From: Eledone cirrhosa
Lineage: Eukaryota
Direction: 5' to 3'
Assembly (NCBI GenBank): GCA_964016885.1
Contig: OZ024742.1
Coordinates: 173,910,001 to 173,974,000 of the forward strand
Length of the DNA stretch: 64,000 bases
Shown: positions 12,201-23,444 of the stretch, piece after piece
How the letters are laid out: each line of letters begins with the position of its first letter
Numbering within the stretch: position 1 is the first letter of the stretch
Made by a program: the position numbers and the translations under genes
The notes under the pieces: generated by a model
What the model was told of the DNA's origin: nothing
Seen by the model: only the letters and a program-made list of their open reading frames with translations
Database searches by the model: none

Positions 12201-12660
12201 TCGGGATAAACTCTACAGGCACGGAAGTGCTGTCAGACGAACCTGCCCGAGATGCGCGCAGAGCGACGAAACCGTTCTGCACGCACTCGTCCAGTGTCCG
12301 TGCATTGCTGACTTGTGGGGTTATGTCGAACAGCTATTGTCGCGTGTAGAACGGATCCGGCTATCGTCCGAGTCCATAGTGAAGATTGACCCGCCGCCTT
12401 CTTTTGGTCAGGAAGGGCAGGCAATTTTCCTCTGCCTGGTGGCAGTAGCGAAAGAGGTTGCATGGTGGACCAGGTTGAAAGGACTGAAGACAGACACTTT
12501 TCTCTTCGGCCAATCCCTCATCAACTTCTTCAAGTTTCACTTGGAAAGGAAGGTGAGGGTGGAGAGAGAAGTGCTGCCCCCCAGTACATTTACTGAAAGG
12601 TGGGTGAATGTGGCGAGAATGGCCCGCGTGAGTGGGCCTACTCTGATCATGCGCCTGTAG
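9241..12660 (+). CDS. LINE ORF2p: APE endonuclease + reverse transcriptase + C-terminal Zn finger, 1139 aa, uninterrupted
   Basis: SLNVRGL, ISET, VYAP, GDWN, SYIDR, SDH (APE); KSPGLDG, RPITLLN, DQSKAFD, RQGCPLS, SAYADD (RT); CPRC...H...C. Confidence 0.97.
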   Translation: MAIRVGSLNVRGLGSPWKQGHLLNDLRSLGMDVIAISETRISDTRALAPIFDDYQIFASVSRPGMGGGVAVLFRKCLDLEVRSIFRDPDGKLVVLDVSNSEGGAFRLVAVYAPTGAGRPDFFRRLENFLLTSRPLLLIGDWNGILEARWDCVGVSDRSGGCKSLKYLISQFQLSDRYRLDFPNAPVWTWTNRIGSSRSYIDRIFIRKRDRNSVGCPHFKTVAYSDHKLVICMVDLDKTRRLGPSYWKLNMSFPARKAYRDRVNNLVKQKLTGGVVNNRWWGALKREIRATSIGFSKEVAIEKNRKEEGLIAKLDEAICSGIATDVLAARMALDHFFNAKHEGCIVRAKARALRNEGTKAARWARFAETQRGNKTTIRSLTDRDGHELSDSKQMCEAFRQHFARLFGRMGESETAADFSPYLDGLPRLSTADAERCEEPITSAEIQDALVGCSSRKSPGLDGLPYELYVNMPDLFSDLLEALYCNWQQNGSIPSSVSRGLVTLIRKDENKRDTLDNFRPITLLNTEFKILAKVLAKRLALVVKDLVGEAQTCAIPTRSIHDNLHLMRYIIERVRCKPGFGGALINLDQSKAFDRVDHRYLEAVLEAAGFGPVFRSWIAAMYSGIRSVVKVNGHLSEPFQISRSVRQGCPLSSLLYVLTLEPLLRKLELLQGIPLEPGRRKAASAYADDITVMVSDTSEIEVIRTHLEEYERLTGAKLNPEKSVGLQLGTWRGKSMPSNSVVGRWTDGPVKLLGVWFGPDLQVDKNWDEVTSRIANLTQKWAERKLSLKGRAEVANAYIASVIYYRLTVVPCPRPRLANLERLLFKFLWRGRVPLVRRSICCQHPLRGGLGMPWLMMRRHALRLRHLQIFCLNGEQVWSPFVRRAFPQLISLTELQSWVKKRPRLGDWHLECCQALTALCKVGNAVSGTSTQDFYRGLVEGKCDDVLGEALGVNEVELTSMFRRTFEPGTMDNFQKSLAWQCYRGALPVRDKLYRHGSAVRRTCPRCAQSDETVLHALVQCPCIADLWGYVEQLLSRVERIRLSSESIVKIDPPPSFGQEGQAIFLCLVAVAKEVAWWTRLKGLKTDTFLFGQSLINFFKFHLERKVRVEREVLPPSTFTERWVNVARMARVSGPTLIMRL

Positions 12661-12910
12661 GCTGGTGAATTCGAGAAGGAGAGGGGTGCCCTTCCCGGGT
12701 GCCCTAGGAGCGTCGGGTGGCTCAGGACTGGTGGGGTGCTTGAGTCAACCCTGGGTGGTGATCCCTCTTATTGGGGAACTTTCATTGTTGTATTTTTATT
12801 GTTATTTTGTTTTTTGTTATTTATACTTACTCGATCTCTATGTAAACCCCCACTGTCCCTGTCTATTGTGTTGTCCCCTATATGTCGGCCCTTGTGGCCA
12901 ATAAATGAAA

Positions 12911-12947
<37 letters not shown>

Positions 12948-12949
<2 letters not shown>

Positions 12950-15900
12950 TGTTATTGTTATTCCTTGAATCTCAGTCATTGATGTTGGTTAACTGGAAAG
13001 TCCGTTGGATTGAATATCAAGCCACTACCTGCAGCCTCAGATATTCAGGACGTATCGGAGGGTTCTTGCTGTTCCAAGCAAGCATGCCTTTTGAAGCGTT
13101 CCAAAAAGCGTGAAGGGGCCGATTTTCTTTAACCATCCCTGGAAACTTTTGGAGATAGTCCCCAGTGCGCCTATGACAATCGGGATCACTTTGACTTCAT
13201 GGCAGTTCCAAATCCTTTTCACCTCCCACTTTAGGTCCTGGTATCGGTTAATGTTCTCCCTCTCCTTCTCTTGCACTCTCGTGTCGAACGGGCAGGCCAC
13301 ATCCACAATCAGGCACGATCTTTTTCTTTGTCCACAACCACCAGGTCAGGTCTATTGTGTTCCAGTTTTTTGTCCGTCTGTATCCTAAAATCCCACAGCA
13401 CCTTCACCTGATTGTTCTCCATCACCGCCTCTGGCCTATGCTCATACCATTTCTCAGAATGTGGTAGATTGTTTACTTTGCACAGGTGCCAGTGGATCAC
13501 CCTGCCCATCACATCGTGTCTCCAGCCCTTATAGTGGGTCTGGGCTAGGTGTTTACACTCGGACACAATGTGAGCCACAGTCTCCTCTCTCTCTCCACAG
13601 ATCCTGCACAGTGGGCTAGCCTCCTCCTTGTAGATATGGTGCTTCAACCACTTCGTTTTGAGGGCCTGCTCCTGCGCAGCCATTAGCATTCCTTCTGTAG
13701 CCTTTTTGAGGTCTCCTCTTCTCAACCAGTTCCATGTCTGTGGATCTCTAAATTCAGTTTTCTCAAAGAAGGTACTATGAAGGGATTTTCCCTTAAGGCT
13801 GCTCTTCCTCCTTGATGTTATTTCCTCCCTGGACATCCCCTGGCCTACTGTCCCCTCCTTTAGTACAGTTCTGAGCATTGGCTCCTTACTATAGGTCACG
13901 TATTTGTATAGGTTGTTTTTCTCCATCTGAACACAGTCCTCTATGCTGATAAGACCTCTTCCACCCTCAGATCTCCTTAGGTAGAGTCTATCGACATCAC
14001 TCCTCTTGTGGAACATGTTGTAGATAGTCAATAGCTTCCTAGTCTTCCTATCCATTTCTTTTTGTTCAGCAACATTCCATCTCAGAATTCCCGCACTGTA
14101 CCTAATAATAGACACAGCTCGGGAATTTACTGCGCTTATGGCGTTTCTGCTGTTCAGATGTGACTTCAATACGCTCCTTACTCTCCGAATGTATTCAGTT
14201 CTTAACAATTCCTTCATTTTTTTGTTCTTTATGCCATCAGCCTCCAGAACGCCCAAATACTTGTATCCTTCCTCAGAGTCAATTTCCTTTATCATCTCAC
14301 CTGTTGGTATCTGGATCCCGTTACTTCTGCTCAACCTACCCCTCTTCATCACAATGACTCCACATTTACCAATACCAAACTGCATACATATATCACTGCT
14401 GAAAATACGGACAGTGTCAACAAGCACATCCAACTCCTTCTCACTTTTCCCGAAGAGCTTAAGATCGTCCATGAAGAGGAGGTGATTGATGGTAAGCTCT
14501 CCCATTCCCAATTTGTATCCTGCTCTCACTTTTCGCAGCATAATGGTCAAGGGCATCAGGGCAAGGACAAACAACAGAGGGGACAGGCTATCTCCCTGGA
14601 AGATACCTCTCTTGATCTTCACGCTTCCCAAGTATACTCCAGTTGATGTCAACTCTGTCTCCCAGGACCCCATACTCCTGCCTAGCAACTGTCTGATGTT
14701 ATCCGCCACCCTGAAGATCTCCAGGCTTTTGGTGATCCAGGAATGAGGCACCATGTCAAATGCCTTTCTGTAGTCTATCCATCCCATGGCAAGATCAGTG
14801 TGTCTCCTCCTGCAATTCCCCATTACCATCTTATCAATAAGCAACTGGTCCTTTGTACCACGTGACTTCTTTCGGCATCCTTTCTGTTCGTCCGGTAACA
14901 AGTTGTTTGTGTGGAGGTGATGGTAGATTTCCTCAGACACAATGCTCGTCAACAGTTTCCACATTACGGGCAGACATGTGATAGGTCTATAGTTGGTAGC
15001 ATCATTACCCTTGATTCGGTCTTTCATTATCAGAACTGTGGTACCTTTTGTCAACCACTCTGGCACCTCACCCGACACCAAGCAGTCATTGAACATTGCC
15101 GTCAGCTTCGGGTGGAGGGATGTTAAATGTTTAATCCAATACCCCTGCACACCATCTGGGCCTGGTGATTTCCAGTTGGATAGTTTTTTGGCTCGCCCCT
15201 TAAGAGTTTCAACTGTGATACTCAAATCAGTCTGTTGCTGTGCCTGCTCACCGATCTCCCTCTGTACTGTCTCAATCCACCCTGCCTGGGCATTGTGTCT
15301 AACATCCTGCTCCCATATTCCTCTCCAGAATGTTTTAGTTTGTTCCGCCCCAGGGATCAAGTCGTTGCCTCTTTCTTTGCCCTCAAGCTGTCCAAACACC
15401 ATCTTCTGGTTGTTGTCGAACATGCGGTTCTGTTTATACTGACTGACTCTGTTCTCGTATCGCCTGATTTTTGCACTCTTTGCTACAATGCGTTGCTTCA
15501 ATTCCTCTATGATAATATTTAGCTTTTTACTCCTAGTTTTGTATTTTATTTCCAGTCTATTTTTAGTGCCTATGTTTTTTAGTGTCCCATTCAGTAGTGA
15601 CTCAAGCTTTCCTATGTCATTTCTCATTTCCCCGATTTGCCCACTCAGTCGCTTCTTCCACCACGGCTCTGCTCTTTCTTGTCTGTTGTTTCCTCTCGCT
15701 TTTATACCAAGTAGTTTCCTCACCGTATTTGCTGTTGCTCTGAGGATATTGTTGCACTGGTGAAGGCTCCTCGCCTCAAGGTATGGGATGACTTTGTTTA
15801 CCTTAGCTGTTGTTTCTTTTAACTTTTTCCTGTCTACAAATCTTAGGTTCATAGGTCTCCCACTATCATTGTTCAATTCATCTACCACTAAATTTAGGAT

Positions 15901-16210
15901 GTCAACCGAATCTTGTCCTAGCCCGTCAGCATTCATCTCCTCAGTGGCCGTATCTCTGTTCCAGGTATTATTTATCTCAGTATTCAGATCATTGTCTGCT
16001 TCGGGTGGTTCCTCCGTTCTCAGGACCTCCTCACCTTCATTTCCCACCGGCTCGCTGGTCTGGCATACTACACCCGCCATCTCCAAGCCATTCTCTCTGC
16101 TCAGTTCCTCCAGTTCCAGCTCGCTTATCCACCCATTAGTTCTTATTACCCGAGCCTGCCCGGCCAATTTTTGTTCATCTAATTTAAATAAACCAATCTC
16201 GTTCCAGATG
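12948..16210 (-). mobile_element. R4/Dong-clade non-LTR retrotransposon (family D1), 5'-truncated
   Basis: RT followed by CCHC and restriction-like endonuclease; own-strand (AAT)n tail; (ATT)n on both sides. Confidence 0.9.
13037..16210 (-). pseudogene. RT-CCHC-RLE polyprotein with a single frameshift near 13320
   Basis: WKSPGPDG, YRPITCL, QGDSLSP, LFMDD, CRICG..H..C, RHD, RPD..D..KE..RY motifs; C-terminus continues in ORF 13037-13306. Confidence 0.9.
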
Positions 16211-16233
16211 TTATTATTATTATTATTATTATT
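16211..16233 (+). repeat. (ATT)n linker between the Dong 5' end and Tx1 copy 4
   Basis: Pure trinucleotide tract at the element junction. Confidence 0.9.
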
Positions 16234-19200
16234 GCACGCTGGGATTGTGTGGGAGTAGCCGATAGGAGCGGGGGGTGCAAAAGCCTCAAGCACCTACTCA
16301 GCCAGTTCCAACTGTCTGACAGGTATCGACTAGATTTCCCCAATGTGCCTGTATGGACATGGACCAACCGAATGGGGTCATCTAGATCGTACATAGACAG
16401 AATCTTCATTAGGAAAATAGATAGAAATAGTGTGGGCTGTCCACTTTTTAAAACGGTCGCCTATTCAGATCACAAATTTGTGATCTGTACGGTCGACCTA
16501 AATAAAACGCGTAGGTTAGGACCGGGTTACTGGAAGCTGAACATGTTATTTCCGGCACGTAAGGCTTACAGGGACCGAGTCAATAAGTTAGTTAAGCAAA
16601 AGTTGACAGGGGGATCATCAACAACAGATGGTGGGAGGCTCTCAAAAGAGAGATTAGAGTAACTTCGATAGAGTTCAGCAAAGAACTAGCGTTAGAGATA
16701 AATAGAAAGGAGGGGGAGCTGGTAGATAAGTTAGACGAGGCTATTTGTAGTGGCATCGCGACTGACGTGCTAGCGGCGAGAATGGCATTAGACCATTTCT
16801 TCAATGCCAAACACGAAGGTTGTATTGTCAGAGCTAAGGCGCGTGCGCTGAGAAACGAGGGAACTAAAGCTGTTCGATGGGCCCGCGTGGCGGAGGCGCA
16901 GCGTGGTAATAAAACCACAATTCGGTCTTTGGCGGACCGAGACGGACACGAGATAAGCGATTCCAAGTGGATGTGTGAGGCCTTTCACCAGCACTTTGCT
17001 CTGTTGTTCGGGGAGAGTCGCGAGTCAGAGAGAGTAGCGGTTTTCAGTCCCTACCTTGACGGCTTGCCGCGCATCTCGACGGTCGACGCTGAGCGCTGCG
17101 AAAGGCCGATTACTTCAGCCGAAATTCAGGACGCCCTTGTCGGCTGCATGAGGCGCAAGTCACCCGGTTTGGATGGCCTGTCCTACGAGCTTTACGTAAA
17201 TATGCCAGACTTGTTCTCCGAACTCCTCGAAGCACTCTACTGTAACTGGCAGCAGAATGGGAGTATTCCCAGTTCTGTGAGCAGGGGAGTGGTGACGCTG
17301 ATAAGGAAAGACGAGAACAAGAGGGATACGTTAGACAACTTCAGGCCCATAACTCTGCTCAACACAGAGCTTAAGATTTTGGCCAAGGTGTTAGCAAAGA
17401 GATTGGCGCTTGTCGTCGAGGATTTGGTTGGGGAGGCGCAAACTTGCGCAATCCCAGCCAGGTCCATACACGACAATCTCCACCTCATGCGATACATCAT
17501 AGAGAGGGTGGGGTGTAAACCTGGCTTCGGTGGGGCACTGATCAATTTAGATCAATCGAAAGCATTCGATAGGGTCGACCATCGGTATCTGGAGTTTGTC
17601 CTCAAAGCAGCTGGCTTCGGCCCTGCTTTAGAAACTGGATCGTTGCAATGCACAGCGGCACACGCTTGGTGGTCAAGGTTAATTGCCACCTCTCGGAACC
17701 ATTTCGGCTCTTCCGATCGGTCCGTCAAGGGTGCCCTCTCTCTTCCCTTCTGTACGTATTGACTCTCGAGCCTTTACTGCGGAAGCTGGAGCTGTTGCAG
17801 GGCATCCCGCTCGAACCGGGACGTGGAAAGGCGGTGTCGGCTTATGCGGACAACATCACCGTGATGGTATCGAACACCTCAGAAATCGAGGTGGTCGGCA
17901 CCTTATTGAAGGAATATGAAAGGTTGACAGGAGCCAAACTTAACCCGGAAAAGTCGGTGGGCTTGCAGCTCGGAACCTGGAGAGGCAAGCCCATGCCGTC
18001 CAACAGCATCGTGGGGTGCTGGACGGACGGACCAGTAAAGTTGCTCGGGGTTTGGTTCGGACCAGACTTCCAGGTGGAAAAGAATTGGGACGAGGTAACG
18101 AGCAGAGTAGCCAGTCTCACCCAAAAATGGGCTGGGAGGAAGCTATCACTGAAAGGTCGCGCGGAGGTGGCGAATGCGTACATCGCGTCCGTCATCTATT
18201 ACCGCCTAACCGTCGTGCCTTGCCCCCGTCCGCGCCTCGTCAAGTTGGAACGGCTTCTCTTCAAATTATTGTGGAGGGGACAAGTTCCGTTGGTGAGGCG
18301 GTCAATCTGCTGCCAGCACCCTCTACGCGGAGGGCTGGGCATGCCGTGGCTAATGATGCGCAGACATGCGTTGAGGCTGCGACATCTCCAGATATTCTGC
18401 CTCAATGGTGAACAGATGTGGTCGCCGTTTATCAGACGGGCCTTTCCGCAGCTCATTTCTTTGACTGAGCTGCAGTCCTGGGTCAAGAAGAGACCGAGAC
18501 TGGGTGACTGGCACCTGGAATGTTGCCAGGCAATCACTGCCCTCTACCAAGCGGGCAATGCGATCAGTGGAACTTCCACTCTCGAGTTCTATAGAGGATT
18601 AGTGGTGGGAAAGTGCGATGACGCACTCGGAGAAGCTTTGGGCATCGACGAAGTCGAACTGACCAGTCTGTACCGAAGGACTTTTGAGCCGGGGACGATG
18701 GACAATTTCCAGAAATCCCTCGCTTGGCAGTGCTACCGGGGGGCACTGCCGGTTCGGGATAAACTCTACAGGCACGGAAGTGCTGTCAGACGGACCTGCC
18801 CAAGATGCGCACAGAACGACGAAACCGTTCTGCACGCACTTGATCAATGTCCATGCATTACTGACTTGTGGAGTTATGTCGAACAGCTACTGTCGCGTGT
18901 GGAACGAATCCGGTTATCGGCCGAGTCCATAGTGAAGATCGAGCCGCCACCTTCCTTAGGTCAGGAAGAGCAGGACATTTTCCTCTGTCTGGTGGCAGTT
19001 GCGAAAGAGATTATATGGTGGACCAGGTTGAAAGGACTAAAGACAGACACTTTTCTCTTCGGCCAATCCCTCATCAACTTCTTCAAATTTCACCTGGAAA
19101 GGAGGGTGAGGGTGGAGAGAGAAGTGCTGCCCCCCAGTACATTTGCTAAAAGGTGGGTGAATGTGGCGAGAATGGCTCGTGTGAATGGGCCTACTCTGAC

Positions 19201-19510
19201 CATGCGCCTATAGGCTAGCTAACTTGAGGAGAGGGGTGCTCTCCTGGGTGCCCTAGAAGCGCAGGGTGGTTCAGGATTGGTGGGGTACCCGAATCACCCC
19301 AGGGTCGTCCACCCCCTATCGGGGAATTTATTTTGTTATATTTTGCATAGTTTATTTTATATTTTTATATTTTCATTGTTAAATTAGTCTTGCCATTGTG
19401 CACTTTTACTCGACCTTATTGTAAACCCCCACTGTCCCTGTCTTTGTATTGTCCCCTACATGTCGGCCCTTGTGGCTAATAAATGAAATCATTATTATTA
19501 TTATTATTAT
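16234..19510 (+). mobile_element. Tx1-clade LINE copy 4 (family A), 5'-truncated inside the endonuclease domain
   Basis: Begins at the ARWDCVG codons right after (ATT)n; ORF2 pieces 16249-16662, 16767-17762, 17648-19213; 3' UTR and (ATT)n tail. Confidence 0.92.
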
Positions 19511-19516
19511 ATAAAG

Positions 19517-19746
19517 TTGGTAGATGGTAGATTGGTAGAATCTGCAAAGTGTTGGACAAAATGTTTTGACATATTGATATATCCCTTTATGTTTTGATTT
19601 CAAATCCCACTGGAGCTAGCCTTGCCTTTCATCATTACAGGGTTGATAAAATAAAATACCAGTAACATACTGTTGTTGATTTGATCGGCTTTCTCTACCA
19701 CCAAAATTCTTGGCCTTTTGACTAAATTAGAAACCATTATTATTAT
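19517..19746 (+). mobile_element. Older Deu/Nin-like tRNA SINE with (ATT)n tail
   Basis: caaatccc B-box remnant, ttgcctttcatc..gataaaataaaataccag core, gaaaccattatt end. Confidence 0.75.
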
Positions 19747-19796
19747 ATGAGAATGGTAGATTGGCAGGGTTGATAAAATAAAATACCAGTAACATG

Positions 19797-20196
19797 GAGG
19801 CCCATGGCTTAGTGGTTAGAGCATTGGGCTTTCAATCGAAAGATTGTGAGTTCAATTCTCAGACCCCGTGATGTGTTGTTTCCTTGAGCAAGACACTTTA
19901 TTTCACATTGTTTTATTTCCAGTTACTCAGCTGTTTAAATGAGATGATAGGACAGGGGTCCCTATCATTCCACTGCAAAGTGGTCGTTGAGGTGCCACGG
20001 CAAAAAAAAGCACCCAGTCCACACTGTAAAGTGGACGTATAGGGACCACGGAAAAAAAGCACCCAGCACTCACCGTAAATGAGGTTGGTGTTAGGAACGG
20101 CATCCAGCTGTAGAAATCAAGCCAGAATCAGTTCCTGTCCCACCCTTGAAAGCAGGGAAAAGCGGACGTAAAATGATGATGATGATGATGATGATA
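19797..20196 (+). mobile_element. tRNA-derived SINE with CORE/V-like and Meta-like domains and (GAT)n tail
   Basis: A box tggcttagtggtt, B box gagttcaattc, ccttgagcaagacact, ggttggtgttaggaacggcatccag; similar inverted copy at 63641-64000. Confidence 0.8.
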
Positions 20197-20639
20197 CATG
20201 GATACATTTAATTGACTTTCCCTTTCACCACAATTGTTTCTTGTCCTTGTGCCTAAATCAGAAACCATTATTGTGTTGTTATTATTATTACTGACTGCTG
20301 ACCTGTTCACATGTGTTTTCAAATCTAATAATTTATTTTCATATTGGGAGTCTTTGGCAAATTTAAAATTCTACTCTTATAGAGTGCAGATAGAAAGATA
20401 TCATGTTTTAGACAATTCTTCTTTTAATATTTGACTATATACATGTATAAAATTTTGAAAATGAATGCATAACTCACATCAAACAAAAAAAGAATAATAC
20501 AGACAAAAATATTGTATAGCGAACCATATTCTATAATAAATAAAAAAAAAAAAAGGAAATTTCTTTTGAGAATGTCGCTAGTATGAACTATTCTAGTGAT
20601 TGGAAATGTTGACATATAAACACAGATTTGCTACAATGA

Positions 20640-21540
20640 TAATAGCATTGGCAAATAAGTGGCCCGAAGACATAATAGAGAATCAAACTCTGGATCTCTT
20701 CAATTTTGGCGATGTTTTAGACAACAACAACAACCACATATATCATTTTCTTGTGAAAATATAGAAAATGGTAACAAAGCATTTAACTGAAGAAGCATTG
20801 GGAAAATTTGAAATTTGAAATGTATTTGAAATGTATGTGCCCTAACACAACTGACTGTATTAACAATCGATCATTGTAAATAATAGTTGAGAGCATTAAG
20901 TAAAGTATCCCTGGAGGGACGACTGAACAATTTCTCTTTTATTATGATCGACAATTATTATGGTCATTATTGTTGGGTATGCACAAAGCAAATGTCCCTT
21001 ATCCTATGTTCTCAACTAATATCTATTGTGATTGACTAATATAAGAATCATATACGTTGAGACGACTACATTTCTTATTTGAAATTTTTTTTTTTTTTAA
21101 ATCAACTAGATGTTTACATGTAAAGAGTATATGCTAGAATCAAGAAGGTGGTTGCTTATAAACTGATGAGGAGAGCCTACAGAGAATGTTTAAGGGATAG
21201 ACTGCACATGGAAGCTATATCAACAGATTTGAGTTAATTTTGAGCTGTGTGTGGGTGGTTTTTTTAAATGATTTTTTAATTTAGATTTATAGTCATTTTA
21301 TGGGCAAAAACAACTGGCAGAGGAGTGACAGGTAGATCTTAAGAAATATGGCTGTATAACATCTATGAGTTTCGTTGGTTTTTATTGGGGATCTAGTGAG
21401 ATCAATTGGAGTTGTTTGTTTCTACTAGGACTCTCTTGAAGCCTTGTTCGAGGGCTCTAATATCACGACCCCCCTAGAAATACCTGGGCAAAGAAGAAGA
21501 AATGTTTTTATAATTTTGTTTTATTCTATCTATTTAATAC
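20640..21540 (+). mobile_element. Possible old LINE 3' remnant
   Basis: Decayed coding-like sequence between SINEs; no clear motif. Confidence 0.25.
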
Positions 21541-21564
21541 ATATAAAAATGTTCCCACTATATA

Positions 21565-21760
21565 TCATCATCATCACCATTTTATGTCAATGTCTCCACG
21601 CTAGCATAGGCTAGACGGTTGTCCTGTTGTGGCAATGCCAGGTCAGGTGACCATATATTGCTCATACATGACTGATTTTGGCTCGGTTTCTACACCTGGA
21701 TATCCTTCCTAACACTAACCTCATTTGCAGTGTGGACTGGATGCTTTCTGTCGTATGTAT
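21565..21760 (-). mobile_element. Degenerate (GAT)n-tailed SINE 3' part
   Basis: (CAT)n followed by the reverse complement of the ggaagggcatccag-like domain. Confidence 0.6.
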
Positions 21761-21892
21761 ATACACGCCTTACCCAATTGCACCTCTCAAAGGCAATGAC
21801 ACATGACCGTGACCTCTGGCCTCACACAGTAATACAGAAGATCCGACCCCCCATAAGAACAAGCTGAAGCATATAGACAATATGCCCCACAC

Positions 21893-22151
21893 CCCACTGC
21901 AAAGTGTTTGTGGAGGTGCCACGGGCAAAAAAGCACCCAGATCACACTGTAAAGTGGACGTGTAGGCGCCACGGAAAAAGGCACCCAGCACTCACTGTAA
22001 ATGAGGTTGGTGTTAGGAAGGGCATCCAGCTGTAGAAATCAAGCCAAAATCAGTTCCAGTATGAGCAAGACAAGGTCAGCTGACAGGATACTGCTCACAA
22101 CAGGACAACCCGTCAAACCCATGCAAGCGTGGAAGAACGGACGTAAAACGC

Positions 22152-22180
<29 letters not shown>
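21893..22180 (+). mobile_element. (GAT)n-tailed Meta-like SINE 3' part
   Basis: Duplicated gccacgg..aaaaagcacccag unit, ggttggtgttaggaagggcatccagctgtagaaa, ggacgtaaaacg(atg)n. Confidence 0.75.
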
Positions 22181-22183
<3 letters not shown>

Positions 22184-22312
22184 ATATATATGAAAATATT
22201 CAGGGCCCTCACGGCTGAGCTCTAGCCGTTTCAACAGCTAGATTACATACTCTACTGCACCAAGTATCAAGTACTCAGGTGAATAATGATCTGACAGGTT
22301 TTTGCCGCCTCC

Positions 22313-22514
22313 TGGTGGATTGGCAGTATTGGTATAGAGTCGAACACCATGTTTTTAGCATAGAGTTACGGCCCTTTATAATCTGAGATCAAATCCCGCC
22401 GAGGTTAACTTTGTGTTTCATCCTTACGGGATCGATAAAATAAAGTACCAGTAATACACTAGGATAAATGCTGGCCTTGTGCCAAAAGTAGAAACTATTA
22501 TTATTATTATTATT
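22313..22514 (+). mobile_element. Full Deu/Nin-like tRNA SINE with (ATT)n tail
   Basis: A box tggcagtattgg, B box gagatcaaatcc, core tttcatccttacgggatcgataaaataaagtaccag, tggccttgtgcca end. Confidence 0.85.
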
Positions 22515-23444
22515 GTTCTTTGAATCTCAGTCATTGATTTTATTTAACTGGAAGTTTGTTGAAATGAATATCAAGCCGCTACCTGCAGCCTCAGACATTC
22601 AGGACGTATCGGAGGGTTCTTGCTGTTTCCAGCAAGCATGCCTCTTGAAGTGTATCAAAAAGCGGAGCTGGACTAATCTTCTTTAACCATCCTTGGAAAC
22701 TCTTTGAGATAGTGTCTAGTGCGCCTATGACAATCGGGACGATCTTGATTTCACGGCAGTTCCAAATCCTTTTTACCTCCCACTTTAAATCCTGGTATCA
22801 GTTAATTTTCTCCCTCTCATTTTCTTGCAGTCTCGTGTCAAATGGACAGGCTACATCTACAATCAGGCACAATCTTTTTTCCTTGTGCAAAACCACCAGG
22901 TCAGGCCTATTGTGTTCTAATTTCTTGTCCGTCTGTATCCTAAAATCCCATAACACCCCTTCACTTGATCGTTTTCTATCACCGACTCTGGCTTATGCTC
23001 ATACCACTTCTCAGAATGTGGTAAATTGTTTACTTTGCATAGATGGCAGTGGATCACCCTACCCATCACATCATGCCTCCAGCCTTTATAGTGAGTCTGG
23101 GCTAGGTGTTTACACTCGGATACAATGTGAGCCACAGTCTCTTCTCTCTTCACAGATCCTACACAGTGAGCTAGCCTCCACCTTTTCAATATGGTGTTTC
23201 ACCCACTTCGTTCTGAGGGCTTGCTCTTGCGCAGCATTAGCATTCCTTCTGTAGCTTTTTAAATGTCTCCTCTTTTTAACCAGTTCCATGTCTGTGGATT
23301 TCTAAATTCCGTTTTCTTAAAGAAGGTACTATGAAAGGATTTTTCCTGAAGGTTGCTCTTCCTCCTTTTGTTATTTCCTCCTTGGACATCCCCTGGTCTA
23401 TTGTCTTCTCCTTCAGTACAATTTTGAGCATTGGCTTCCTACTG
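22515..23444 (-). mobile_element. R4/Dong D1 3' fragment, degenerate
   Basis: Collinear with 12957-13890 (CCHC-RLE and 3' UTR); tail-to-tail with the preceding SINE. Confidence 0.9.

Larger units (their letters stand above)
7087..12947 (+). mobile_element. Full-length intact Tx1-clade LINE (copy 3, family A)
   Basis: 5' UTR, ORF1, 29-nt spacer, ORF2, 3' UTR with AATAAA and (ATT)n tail; flanked by (ATT)n on both sides. Confidence 0.95.

Noticed and set aside
16211-16293. N-terminus MLEAFAPP...NNNNNNNN of the 994-aa ORF
   Set aside because: Read-through across the (ATT)n linker into antisense Tx1 sequence; the Dong copy is 5'-truncated
19797-19870. tRNA gene
   Set aside because: The A/B boxes belong to a SINE head; no complete cloverleaf
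21160-21190. CTGATGA hammerhead-like start
   Set aside because: No stem II or GAAA follows
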